A stretch of 64,000 bases of DNA from Klebsormidium nitens. Its lineage: Eukaryota > Plantae > Klebsormidiophyceae. Below the pieces are notes generated by a model, which was given only the letters and a program-made list of their open reading frames with translations, was not told the DNA's origin and searched no databases. The DNA lies in the NCBI GenBank assembly GCA_000708835.1, contig DF237363.1, positions 1 through 64,000 of the forward strand, read 5' to 3'. Positions 50,501-63,471 of the stretch are shown here, piece after piece. The stretch's first letter is position 1, and the number at the start of each line of letters is the position of its first letter. A program made the position numbers and the translations under genes.

Positions 50501-51136
50501 GAGCCTGGCAAATCTTGCCGATAGTTTTCGTTCCCGTCTCTCTGTTCCAGAGGTGCAAAAAAATGTGCCGTGTGGACAATGGCTCAGAGCTTATTCGTTG
50601 CCATGCACGAAACTTTTTGACAAACTACAACGGCTCGTAAGACAACGACGAGCGCTTTCCTGTGCCTGCAGTCGTTGGCCCTTCAATGTGGTGCGTGCGG
50701 AGCCCTCCGAAGCGCTGCGGCCAGTTCCCCGACTTTGGATACCTTCTGGCACTGCCAAGCTTGCACGTTGCAGAATCCCGCCGGCGCAACCACTTGCAGC
50801 GCATGCGGCGCTCAGCGGGACGTAGTTGGCGGAACGGAAGAAGACGCGGACACAGTGATGCTACCAGCGGATGGGTTGGACGGCCCAGCTTCGACCAGCA
50901 GGAAAGGAAAAGAGAGCGTCACGGATGGGGGATCAGTACAAATGGATCAAGGGCGAGTGGTCCAAGGTGTGATTGATTTAGAAGGCGCCGGGCCCGGAAG
51001 TCAGCAGCAGAAGGGATGGGCGTGCAAGTTTTGCACTTTGATGAACGAGCCGCGTTCGTCCAAGTGCGCAGCTTGCGAAGAGTGGCGGTACTCCTTTGGA
51101 GCACCCCTGACGCATAGACCAGTTACTGAGACCTGA
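47562..51136 (+). CDS. WSS1: WLM-domain (Wss1-like) DNA-protein crosslink metalloprotease with three RanBP2-type Zn fingers
   Basis: Exons 47562-47725, 48408-48759, 49449-50036 and 50672-51136; VAKQVQPIMRKRKWKV, LLGLNVNRG, TMLHELTHN (HExxH); WACSVCTLEN, WHCQACTLQN and WACKFCTLMN. Confidence 0.92.
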
Positions 51137-52635
51137 ACGCCATGTCATAAGGTTGCCGGTTTAGTGAAGAGATACGAGACAGGTAACTTGTGTACTTTGA
51201 GAAGGCTATGAGGCTCACAATCAACGGGCGTTTCTACCTAGTCTGGATACGAACCAAGTAGGACTGGAACCTGTTTATACATACTAACGACTTGCAAACA
51301 TTGTATCACGATACTCATACACGCTGTGCAGCCTACGGTCTAATTTCTATATCAACTTGAAATACATTCCCGGTCGAGATTTCAAACAGCATGACTGTCC
51401 GATTTGGTACGTCTCTCCATGGCACAGCGTTTCGTTGGAATGAAGGCGATATGTATGAAATCGATCTGTCATCAGTGCTAGCTAGACAAATATGAGGCAT
51501 GATTAAGCTGGCACGTGCATATACGTATGTACAGGGGCCCCGGGGCGCGCGCGTGCGGCTGACGGCCCTCAACAAGTTCAGACGGTGGTCACGTTAAATT
51601 GTCGAGAAGAGCATGTACGGTACATGCAAGCATGGAATTTCTCACCCTCGTCACTTGCACCATGGCATGCATTGTGGATCCGAATCTGAGGGGATTATGG
51701 ATTGTCAAGCGAATTCGCTTGACAATCCATAATCCACTTAACTTAAGTCAATGGTTGGCTAGAACGCCATTGAAAGCTTGCTCTGCGGGTAAAATACAAA
51801 AAATGCTTCAAAAAAGCTCGTATTTAAAAGACTCTCGGAGAATCGTTAATCTTCTGCACGTAAAAGGAGCTCGTATTGGCAATATTTTACATTAAGAAAA
51901 GCAGCCATACGCTGCTTACTATACATGTCGTTCTTGAAGGGTTAAAGCGCAGCTCGCATCAGATTGTCTTACAAACCTGCTACTGAAGCAACACAATGAG
52001 CCGCTTACTTCAAATGCTTATCAGGTTAGCACGTCCTATTTCAAGCATACCAATGCCCGGAGGACCCGTGGCTCCAACGTCTGGAGAGCACCTCGGAGCT
52101 TCCTTCCCCCGAGATTGGTCTATGGCTAGACGACTTGGTCACTTGGAGTCCTTTGTTGGAGGACGCCGCGCCTGGTAGAAAAGAAACGTCGCCTTAATGG
52201 ACGGACTCGAAATGAGATCGTCAGCCCAGATTTGTAGGTGTCTTTGAACTGCAGTTGAATTTGCGTACTCTATTAGCAACTTCTTTTCTTTCAAGCGGGC
52301 CTTGGAGCACGCGAAAGACGGGAATGTCAATCAGACGGATGCACAATGTTTTCCGAAATGTTTGAGCTTCACATCTTCCTCTTGATCTTAGTCAGCAGAC
52401 GCCCCCGACCCTTTAAACTAAACAATTCTGACCTGCTTCCACAATAAGCACTCTAGCCAGTCAGCTTACAGTTGGCTAACTAAGAGCCAGCTTGGCTCCC
52501 CAATCTTGCCACTTGACCGATATATACCTGTCCTTAAGTCAGATCCAGGTCCCCGGAGTTCTTAGGGTACAAAGTATGCTTTTGCAGCAGCACAACCAAC
52601 TGCAAAGGCTTAGGATACCACAGAACTTGCTCAAG

Positions 52636-55600
52636 TCACTTACCCGCACTCTCCGCGCCCCCGTCCTTCCCCTCGGCCAGCCGCTGCACGATCTCGCTCA
52701 GCCCGCGCAGCTTCTCCTCCAGCCCATCTAGTTGCTTCAGCACCTGCTCCTTCTCCCGCTTCTTCGACCTGCTCCGCTGCAAACTAGGTCGGGGGGCTTC
52801 CCCCGGGCGCTTCCTCAGGGTCATGTCACGTGGCACCAGGACGTGCAGCCACGCGGGGAACCACTCCGGGTTGCACCGCTCGGCGGTCGACATATTGGTT
52901 TCGATGAGGAAGAGCATCTGGGCGCGGCCTCGGAGAAAGTGAACCTCCGCTTGCTTGCGCATCTTTTCGAACGTGCGGCTGATGATAGCGATGAGCACCG
53001 TCAGCATGATGATGGCCACGACTGCACGAGAAGAGGGGAGAGACGTCAGCATGACGTTAGCCACGACTGCACGAGCAGAGTGGAGCGACGGGGTCCAGAA
53101 GTTGCAAACGGGATTCCGAAAAGAGGGCCTACGGGTTCGCTTGCGAACGGGTCGAACGCGGCGAGATTGGACACACAGTGCCGTCGGAACGATGATAACC
53201 ACCCCTGCGGGTTTGACTGGGCGAGAGACGTAAAAACAGACCTTGACACAAAGCTGCGTGCGCACTGGAAATAAGTAGAGAGGGAACGGAACAATGGAAC
53301 AGCTTTTACAGGGCAAGGCTACCAACAGGGCCTCATACGTCAGGCGTGCGGCAAACATGGCACGGAGAGGTACGGCAAGCAAGAGTACAAGCCCTAAACT
53401 CACTAACGATGGACGACGGTCCACCAAAAGAACGGATAGCCAAACTTCGGCAACATGAAGACAGCAACGCCGGTTAGATTTACGGCAGGCCGACGGCAGA
53501 CACGGTGGCAGGAACGGCGGCAAAACACGAAACCAAACTGGCAGAATGGGATTGAGGCAGCATCAATTGTGACCGGAAGGCCGGAACGAGAGCGGAACAG
53601 CGGGATTAGAGCGGAACGCCGGAGCCGGACCGGGCCTTACTGAGCATGAAGACGAGGAAGAGCGCGGTGGATGCCCAGCGGATTGTCTGCGGCTTTGCGT
53701 TGATGAAGGGGCACATGTCGACCTGGCCGAACATGGACTGGAACAGGAACACCGCGCTGCGGGGCCAGCTCGAGAACGGGTCGTACGACACGCCGCAGCG
53801 CTCTTGCACGCGCGTCGAGAGCCCGTCCGCATAGAGAAGCGTGTACGCGAGCGAGAAGGAGAGGAGAACTAGAAGGAGGACTACGAGGAAGGCTTTTATG
53901 TCGGCGACCACTTCGAGGAGCAGTGAAACGAGCGGACCGAACATGGAGAATGAAGTAAAGATCCAGAGGCCGCGCATGCAGATGAGGAGCGCGGACGCGG
54001 CGGAGACGATGTTGGTTGCGGAAACTAGGTTGGGGGGCACGGCGCCGAGGCCGCCCGCGCCGCGGTATGAGATTTGCGCCCAGATGAGGCCGACGGTGGC
54101 GGTGGTCATGAAGTTGTTGAGGAACCACACGAGCGCAATTGTGCGCGGCTGGCCCTGCTTGGAGAACCAGGTGCGGCGGTACCTGGAGGAAGGAAGAAGA
54201 AAGAGCAGGGTTCTAGACTGAGATCTAGGCCGGTGATTTCTGAGTTACAATCAGGCAGACATGTGCATTCTGGTCTTGCTTGGAGAACCAGGTGCGGCGA
54301 TACCTGGGGGAGGGAGGAAGAGAGAGCCGGGTTCTAACTCAAGATCTGGCGGTTCTTTCTGGTTTACAATCTGGGCAGACATGTGTGCTGGCCCTGCTTG
54401 GAGAACCAGGTGCGGCGGTCCCTGGGAGAAGGTGAAAGAGAAAGAGCCCAGTTCTAGACTGCGACCTGGGCTGGTTCTTTCTGATTTACAATATGGGCAG
54501 ACGTGTGTTGTTTTGGTCCTGTTTGAAGGACCAAGTGCGCGGTACTTGAGGGAAGGAGGGAGAGAGAGCGGGTTCTAGACTGGAAACTGGGCCGGTGGTT
54601 CCTGAGGTACAAACTAGGCAGACATGTGTGCTGGCCCTGCTTTGTGAGGCAGATGCGGGGTATTGGAGGAAGAGAGAGCCGACTTTTTAATGTCGCGACA
54701 CTTAGGAATAGTAAGCTCAAGGAATAGTGAGCTCAACCAAACACTAAAACCCTAACCCATTGAATCTACCCGCTCCGCACCCGTACCCACCCTAAACCCC
54801 CAAACTAACCCTACCCGTCCCAGGCCGGTGATCTTACTATTCCTTGAGCTTACTATTCCTGAAGTGCTACGGTATGACTTTTAAGACCTGGGCTGAGATG
54901 TGTGGTGGCCCAGCATTGACAACCAGGTGCAACAGGATATTGGGGGAAACAATACGGAACAACCTATCCTACTCAGACGTGAAAGAACTAGACACGATAC
55001 ATGGAAAGACACGGACGAACTCTGCATCGAAATTGATTACCAGAGGGCTGATGAATTGATCTGTCTTCCAATCATGGATGTGATCGATAGGGAACGCAAG
55101 GGCATTGCTCACATAGAGCAAGAGGACAGGAAAAAAGAAGCAGATAAACAAATTTTGGTCATCTTCTATCAAAACCAGAGATGGAACACCGACTCCAATG
55201 ACAGAAAAAAGGGGGTTAATGAGTCAGCAGCGACAATCAAGAACAAACAGTATGCAAGGTATGTCCTTCAAGATAAGGAGGATTTGGAACAGGAGCAGAG
55301 AAAGGATCTCACTTGATGAGGATCCCCAGGTGAAACACCACGAGCGTCGCGCCCGAGACATACGTCGCGCGCCCGGCGGCAGAATCCGTGCCCATGTTGG
55401 GCGACGATGTCGGAACCAGGACCACGATCAGAAACAGCAGCAGGTAGATCGTGTAGAGGACGACGGTCTTGGTAACAATCCAACGGCCGTAGGCGTTCCA
55501 CTTGTGGTTCAGCAGCGCGCGCATGATGGCCGTCGTGAACACGTCGCGCGCCGTCTCGCGCGTGCAGTAGCGCACGATCGCCCAGAAGAGGTTCACTCTG

Positions 55601-58600
55601 CGGGGGGAAGGTCTGGTTAGTGGCCAGAAAAGCTTGTTGCGCGTTAGGCAACGAAGCTTCTGACTGGCAGTCCCGTGAAAGTGATTGAGCTGCCAAAAAG
55701 TGAATCCTTCTGCAGGCGCAGAAACTCAAAGCCTTGAGATCCCAATGACGTCAGGGGTGAAATGCTCAAGCAGACGAACAGATCCAGAGGCGTCTTTCCA
55801 AGTCAAATTTCTCTCTTCCGGCTTCCAAAGAGGACATAACGTGCTTGCCTGCTGTACCCCTCCATTTGATATTCCAACAGCACTTGCTATAAGCAAATAG
55901 ACACCTCCTAGACTCCCGGGACTCTCAGGCTCTCGGAAATGCCAGACTCCCTTTCAGGTCGAAATTATGCACCAATCCTGCTCACCGGTAATCCGCCAAA
56001 GACAGCGTCCTCAACCGCACCATCTCACCTTTTGCGTGTGACAACTGTGCCAAAAGCCTCAACTCTTTCACGTCATTTATTCTGAAAACTCTCGATTCCG
56101 CTTGTGATTTCCGGACAGATTCTAGCACCAATCCTGCTTACCGGTAATCCGCCAACGACAGCGTCCGCAGCCGTACCATCCGCGCCTCCACAGGCTGACC
56201 CCCCCCTTGCCGCCCGCCCCCCATCGGGTTCCCAAACTCCGCCCGGCACTCCTCGCTCCTCCTAAACATGCACTTCACCCGCCGTATGAGACACCCCCGG
56301 CAATGACAACCGTGGGGGTGTCGCTGAATGAGGCCTTCCAGGTCTTGGATGTAGACTTCCCAGAGGCCCCGTTGGGAGATGCGGTCGCTCGGGAGCGTGA
56401 GGGAGTCGTCGTTCAGAACTGCCCACTCGACGCCTTCCGCAACCTGGGGAAGGCTGGGGCCCAGGCCGAGGGTGTCCAACAGGGGGGCCATCTGCGCCAG
56501 AAAGTTCGAAGGCTCAGAGATTCTGAAAAGTTACAAGCTTCTGAATAGACAACCCTTTTAAACCGAGCAAAATGTAAAAAAATTGCCGCGGAAAAAGATA
56601 GGGCCTAGGCCTACGGTGTCCAACAGAGGGGCCATCTGCGTGTGGAAAACCGGCAATTTCTGAGCAAATTTGACAGGGTTCTAGAAGCGAGTCAACAGAT
56701 CACACGGATCCGTATTAAGGGCGCTCTCTTTGTCCATAGTAAACGAAGTAGACAAGGGCTAAAGAAAGGGGCCTAGATCAGAGAGGAATCAGAGATAGTC
56801 CTGTTTCGTGGCACGGGATCTCCAACGCTTGTAGATGCTTCACCCAATCAATTTGGTTGCTCCAAAGGTTGCTTCCCAACTCTTTCTCGCGATTAGTTTC
56901 CAAAGATGCTTTTGCGGGCCGTCTACCGCAAGGAGGAGATGGCGGTCTGGGAAGTTGGCTTCTTCGCAACGCACAGCGGGAAATCTCGACACGCTCAGCC
57001 GAGAGTTGGCCAATGACGGGCAACGAGTACAAGGAACCCACAAACGCGTTTGTCGACTCTGTGAAACCTTCCGATGTAAGCGCTGACCTCTTCTCCAGTC
57101 CACAGGCATCTCGTCAGATCGCACTCAGAAGTCAAAGTCCTCGGAGACAGACAAGCCACTCACCATGCTGGGGTATGCCCCCGCCACCGCAATGAGCCCC
57201 CGCACGAGCCCCCCCCGCGAGTACGCGCTCGTCCTCGTCGGGATCGCCTCCAGCAACTTTGACACCGCCTGCAGATCTCCTCGATCCACCGCCAATTCCA
57301 ACACGTCACCCGTCCGTTCCCGTCCGTGCCAATCAACCCACGCGATCCTCCCCAGGTCCAGTGCTACCGGGGGGGCCACTCTCTGCGCCTTTTCGTGCCC
57401 CCTGTCTGGGAGGAGCTCCCCCGAGTTGAACGACGTGCTGCGGAGGCCGTCGTCGGTCCCCCCGTTCGCGAAGCGGTGCTCCTCCAGAAGGACCTCCAAA
57501 ATGTCGCCCCCTCGGAGCGCGACCGCGACTGCAATTAGTGTCAAATGGTCGCCCCTAGTGGGCGACCCCTGCTGGAGTAAGTCCATCAGGCTGCACACCC
57601 CCCCGGGACTGACACCACTCGGGGGATCCCTCTCAGCGCTCTTGCTGGAAGCGTTCCGAGACCCCCGGCTGTTGTTCGAACTGGCGGCGCGCGCGCTGAA
57701 GCTCATACTGGGGGGCAGGCGCCAGGACACGATCCCCTTTTCGCGCAGGTTTACGATGCAGGGATAGCGCGCCAGCAGCTGCCGCATGAAGTCCATCTCG
57801 CGGGGGGGTAGCTGGCCGCTCTGCAGGGGGGCCGGGCTGGCCCCGTTTGCAGCCCCCTGGAGCGAACCCAAACTGCTGGCAGAGTACGCAAACTTCGACC
57901 CCTGGGGCTGGAGCGAGCGGAGCCCCCGTAACACATCGGAGAAAGACGGCTGCTGACTCGACAGAAACGTAATGTCGATCATCTTTATGAGCGACGTGCC
58001 CGGGATGGGCACCGCCACAAAGGATGACGTGGCGCGATCCTCGCCGTCGAACGTGCCGTAGCGCTTGTAGATGGCGTTGGAGGCGCTGATGATGTGTCTG
58101 GCGATGGGGGGGGGATCATGGGCGAGAACCAGAGGGGTTCGAGCGTGTGGATGTCGTAAGCTTGCGCCTCGCCGGGGCCGAGACAGACGACGGCATCGCC
58201 AGTAGGAGTGACGACGACGCGATTGAAACGTGTACTGCGATCACAGAAAAGATCAGTAAGGGAGCAAGTTCTCTCGTGTCCAGCGCCTTCCCTACTTCCG
58301 TCGTATTCCGCTCTGAACGGCTGAACCGGACTAGTGTAGAAAGCAGGCAAACAGTACTTCTGGAGGCGACGAGGGCTTCTCGATTGTGAACCAGAAGTGG
58401 GCATCCTTTGTCTCTACACTCGGACGACCCGCTTGGCCTGACCCTTCTTCCCTCTCTCCCTCGACACACTGACTAGCAGATTGACAGAGCCCAATCCGTT
58501 CTTGAAGCGCAATGAACTCTCATGCATAATATTTTCCAGCGCAGCTGCACAGCTTCAAAACGCCCCACCCACATCAACCTACCCCACGACGACGCGATGA

Positions 58601-61600
58601 TAACGTCACTCACTTGAGCCGCGCCCGCTGCATCGTCCCGATGAAAGGCCCCCCTCCCGGGCCCTCCTCCGCCGAGTGCGGTCCCATAACCCACAGCTTG
58701 CTGCTCTTGCAACTCGTTTCCGTCACCAGCAGTGCGGTCGAGCCCTTGATCCCGTCTGCCGCGGCGCAGCTAATCACCTTTTGGTGCGCGCCCAGGCAGA
58801 GCAGCTCGAATGGCGTCCAAATGAGGGGGCCCTCTTCCTGGTACAGGGTGACCTTGTGCTCGCCGTTGAGGCAGATCAGCTCCGGGCCTGAAGAAACGGG
58901 TTTTTGAATGTCAGCCCGCCAAGATCAGCTCTTCGGGGGAAGCGCGCAACCGCTCAATCGTTTAGAGCTGCGAAGGTTCGGTCTCATGAACCAAGGTGCA
59001 AGATGGTTTTGCTTATCCTGAGTAAAAACTCTTTCATCACTGTAGAACGCCAAGAATTTCTGCCAGCATGCAAAGCCGCTGTAGCAGTCACAGGACATCC
59101 TTGAACACCCTGACTTCTTCCTTAGGTTGATTGTTCATCTATGGGGTAGATTAATTTCACCCCGACGAAAACCAAGTGCATCTCACAATGAGCATGTAAC
59201 ACAGTCAAGTTCACCCCATCTTGCGCAAGCCCCCATCCTCACCCTACGCGAACCGAACTTGGGCTCAGCGGCATCATTGAATCTAAAGAGAACCCACCTG
59301 TCGGACCCTGTCGGAAGCTTGCCGACTGAAACCCATCCTCGTGTTTCAGCACCACGCTCGGCGGCTGCGTCGACATCGTAAACAGGGCCTCGCTCGCGTC
59401 GCTTCCGTTCTCGCTCCCGTTCTCGCTGCTCCCGGGTTGCCCTGCGGACGTCCGCGAGCCGACCGACGGACTCTCCGAAGAACGGTCGGACCGTCCGGCG
59501 GGCCATGCGGACACCGCCCACAGGTGGACTTCCGTTCGGAGGGCCGGAAGGGCGGAATCCGGTTCGAGGACGGTGGCAAGGCCCTGCTTGACGATGACGG
59601 ACGCGAGGCGGCCGTCGTGCGAGAACTGGATGCGCGTCACCTCGCCGTCCAGCTTCTTGGCCCACCTGCAGGGGGATAAGCTGATGTCAACAACCGCGGG
59701 AACAGTCACGTCAGCGTGCTTAGCGAAAAAGAAGGGGCCTAATAATGTTAGAATCAGCTTTTCGCTGGTTCACAATCATTTTGGCAAACCCTTACCGACA
59801 CTGCCACCGTTTGCAAATCAACGACAGTAAAGCCTTTTGTATCGACCAAAAGCAGCGGATGCAACAAGCGACCGGCAAAGAGGACTCCAACGCCTACTCC
59901 AAGGTGGAGAACATTCTCGAGACAGGAGAAATACAATCAGCAACTGTGCTCTACGTGGAAAGAGTCGATATGCAACGCAGACGGCCTTGAACGTCCTCTC
60001 AAAGTCACGCTAGCAAAAAATAAGATGACCAAACCAGTGCACTTTACAACAGAAATGCTGACCTTAGGTCACAGCGGCCGCCCTTGATCCACCACGCCGC
60101 AATCGCGTCATCCCGCGTGCTGCCGCTGCCCGAGTGTGACGTCAGCAGCCAGCGCCCGTCCGGGGACAGCTCTAGGTGCTCTATGCTGTCCAGATGAGGT
60201 GGCAGCACCGTGATGCGCTCAGCCCACCGCCGCTCTTCCTCCACCCATCTGAACAAAATTGATTGTCTCATCTGTAAGTGCTGATCTGCTCTACGAAAGT
60301 GGCGCACAGCCTCGTGTCTGTTTGCTAGGAATTTTGGGCTTTTTGAAACGACTGGGATGCCTGCACATCTGCATCCAGCAAGCGACTGTAACGAAGTGGT
60401 GCCGACAGCGCCAAAAGTTAGCAACTGACATGGAAGCGGTACGAACGTCTGTGAAGGAGATGCAAGGTTAACTGTTTGAGATTGTAAGTGAAAGCCTACA
60501 ATGTCGTGGCACCAGTAGGGAAAAGGCTTTTTCCCTCGGGTTCAGGACAGATCAAACCAATCATTGCATTAACAAAACATCTCTGAAGAGTAGGCGTTAA
60601 CTTTTCAAACCACAAACAACTGCAGGGCAGGTTGACAGAAATGTATCACCCCCTGCCACGGTCCCGCTGAGCGTTCTCCAGGCCCGTCACAAATTCCAGA
60701 GACAGACCCGTTCCAGTAGACTGGTGATCAAAGCACCCTGACTGCCTCCATAGCCCAAACCACGTTGACGAGTCCGAGCCCGACGTTGTCAACCTACTGT
60801 CCCCGTGTACAATCGCCCGCTTCGACCGGTCACCATTCGAGCCCTCAAAAAGTTGGCACTGCGAGCATGTTGAGGCGCGGGAACCATCTTATGCGATCCA
60901 GAAACGCCCTCTCACCTGAACACGGCAACACACTTGATGATCTCCCTCGTGACGTCGTCGTTCCGCCAGCCCCCGCACGCCATGAAGTGTCCACACCACG
61001 AGACGCACGCGCCGCTCATTTGCATGCCAGCTGGCGCCTCGTACGTCATCGCCCCCCGGCCGTTCCAGGGAGCGAGCGTCACGTGGCCCCCGTCGTCGAT
61101 ACCGACGAAGTGATCGCCGTCGCTGGAGATCGCGCAGTGCTGCCAGGCGACGCGGCTGGACTGCAGCTCCTGCGAGAAGAAAAGCGGCTCGTATGTGAGA
61201 GCATGTTTGAAATTGACCGCCGGCCAAAACCCAGCCCGGTTGAGCGTAATTTGGGCTTGTCGGCCTGTGGCCAATACTTTTGAGTGTACTCAACGACAAA
61301 GGGATCGGGCAGGGACTTTGGGGTGAATCTCATCATCTGGTCGATTAGTATTTGGAGCCGCGGATTCATGGCAAACATCACGGGTATAAACGGTGCCTTA
61401 TCGGGCCCGGATGGTGATTCCTTTCGAACCAAGAAACTAGTGGGAACACGCTGCAGAATCTGGCATGCTTGAGCGAAAAACCAAAGGTCGCTGATTGCAA
61501 GTTAACATCTTGTAGGAGGAACAGGCAAGTCTCAGATCTTGAAGGAGATGCACAAACATGGCCCATACCTTGGTGTACAGTGGCGCCATGCTGTTTGCGT

Positions 61601-63471
61601 CCCACACCGTCAGCGTCGACCCCTCCTCCCCGATCGTCAACACCTTCCCCGACTCTGCCGCCAGACTGACAGCTGTCACGTCCTGCATGTAGTGCGCCTC
61701 CGACCAGGACCACAGGTTCTGGGTTAAACTGCGGGGGGCCCTCTCCCAGACTTTAACCTCTACTTGCGAGGCCTGTTCCCAGAGTGCGTCATAGCCCGCC
61801 AGCACCTGAACAGGGCCTCCTTCCAGAGAGCGGATGTGCACGGAAACGGGGAACTCGCCGTCAGCTCCGAGGGAGTGCACGGATGAGCGCTCGAGGCCCG
61901 TCTTGCGGTGGTCGCGCACCTCCCAAACCTGAAGGATTGGGACGAATGTCTGTGTTTAAAAGCGGGTTGCATGCTGGAATAGGATTGGCTTAGACAATTA
62001 TGTTGGACGAGCCCTCCTTAGGTCGCCCTTCATGACAGTCGGGTCGATTTGTTGGAAGCATGAATCACTTGTCAACATGGGAAACACTGAACTTCAACGG
62101 ATGCACACAGTCAAAGGAACAGACAAGGGACGTCATAGTTACTACTGTAGCGGCTGACTTTCGAATGAAGCCGTAAGCTTCTTCATGGGACCGGCAAGCA
62201 CTAACCTGCCTTCTCACTCGACCCAGTAGCAGCTGTCAAAAAGATTTTCGTGAAATTATCAAGTTTCAAAAGGCTCATGACCTTGTTATTAGGCATTCTT
62301 TCCATACTGTGCGCCAAGTTTCCAACAGCCCGCTAAGAGGTGGCCCGTTATCCATAGCTCATCAGAAGATGTCTTGAGAGTCCCTCATCCGACTATAAAC
62401 CTGCAGTTGACCCCTAGGAACCTTGTACAGCATCACCAGGAACGTGAGTTAGCGACTAACCTGCAGAACGTCCGCCTCCATCGCCACGCCAAACCAGTAC
62501 CCCCTCCCATCGGACATTGCATCGACGTCCAAACCCAGCACCGGCCGCCCCTCTCCCGCCCCCAACACTTTGGGTAACGTATTCTGCCCCTCGGGACTTA
62601 CGTCCCATAAGAGCACATCCCCAATGCCCCCTCCCGTCACCACATAGAAACCGTCCGGAGTGAAGCGCACCGCGGAGATGTTAGAAACTAGCCCCGCAGG
62701 GTTAACGAAAACCCGGGGCTTGCTCCCCTGCCAGAAGCGCTGCGTCTCGGCGGCGTCGGAGCCGAGGCTTTTCGGTGCGGGACTGACGAGACCGTCAACC
62801 GGAGGCGCATAAGGGACCACTTCGCCGTTCGCGCCACTGCTCTGCTCCTCCTTGATCGTGATCACAACGTCCTTCTTCCTGAGCCCCGTGAGCGACCCGA
62901 TCGGCGCGATGATCGTCGACTGAATCGTTTCTTTCGCCGTCATGAAGAAATCGGGCCGCGGTTCCTTGACCCCTTGGCTTGGCGCATTTCGGCTATTCTT
63001 CAAGAGAGACCGCACGACACACCGCCGCCGCCAGCCGACGTTCCCGATCCAGCTCGAAGTCCCGGTGCTCCTGGTAGACCCTCCGTACGAACTCCGACTG
63101 TATCTACTCCCCCCCTCGCCCTTGGCATCCAGATTCCAGACAAGCAGCTGACCCTTCTCCGTCCCTGCGGCCAGCAGGCACACGTGCGCGCTGTGCAACT
63201 GCGAGATCCACTGCTCCTTGGAGGGGTCAATCTCTTCCTCATCATCGTCCGAAAAGTCATTCGGACCATTGGAAGCGGCGTCCGAAGACGTGGAACTGAA
63301 CGAGCTGAGTTGGGTGAGCTCGGTGAGGCTCTCCTGAATGAGCGAGTCTTGGGGGGGGCACCAGAGGGCGATGCAGTTCACGTGGTGGCCGGCAGACCAA
63401 AGGGAGTGGACGGTGCCTTTGCCGGTGTTGTAGACTTGCACGATGCCAGAATGCAGTAGAATGACGATGTA
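52636..63471 (-). CDS. Large multi-exon WD40-repeat plus TRP-like 6-TM cation channel; 5' end upstream of 63471, possibly outside the window
   Basis: WD40-like strands (AVRFTPDGFYVVTGG..VLLWDV, ELSPDGRWLLT, IQFSHDGRL, TLTVWD); ankyrin-like helices (GDVLELAVDRGDLQAVSKLL); ALLNHKWNAYG before S1; FGPLVSLLLEVVADIKAFLVV (S4-S5); pore FQSMFGQVD; S6 IIMLTVLIAIISRTFEK; TRP-box-like FLRGRAQML; C-terminal coiled coil. Apparent frameshift at a G9 run (58106-58114). Confidence 0.8.
54146..54680. repeat. About five tandem ~120 bp repeats, each copying the splice acceptor and first ~35 nt of a TRP exon
   Basis: Units start at ~54146, 54270, 54389, 54514 and 54632 (tggccctgcttggagaaccaggtgcggcggtacctgg...gttctagact...ggcagacatgtg). 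Confidence 0.85.
54699..54866. mobile_element. Small foldback/MITE-like element with ~33 bp terminal inverted repeats
   Basis: Left arm cactt-aggaatagtaagctcaaggaatagtgag; the right arm read as reverse complement is cacttcaggaatagtaagctcaaggaatagtaag. C-rich telomere-like interior; no TSD seen. Confidence 0.7.

Noticed and set aside
54900-55316. 138-aa plus-strand ORF inside the TRP gene
   Set aside because: It is the purine-rich antisense of a pyrimidine-rich intron and has no recognisable motif.
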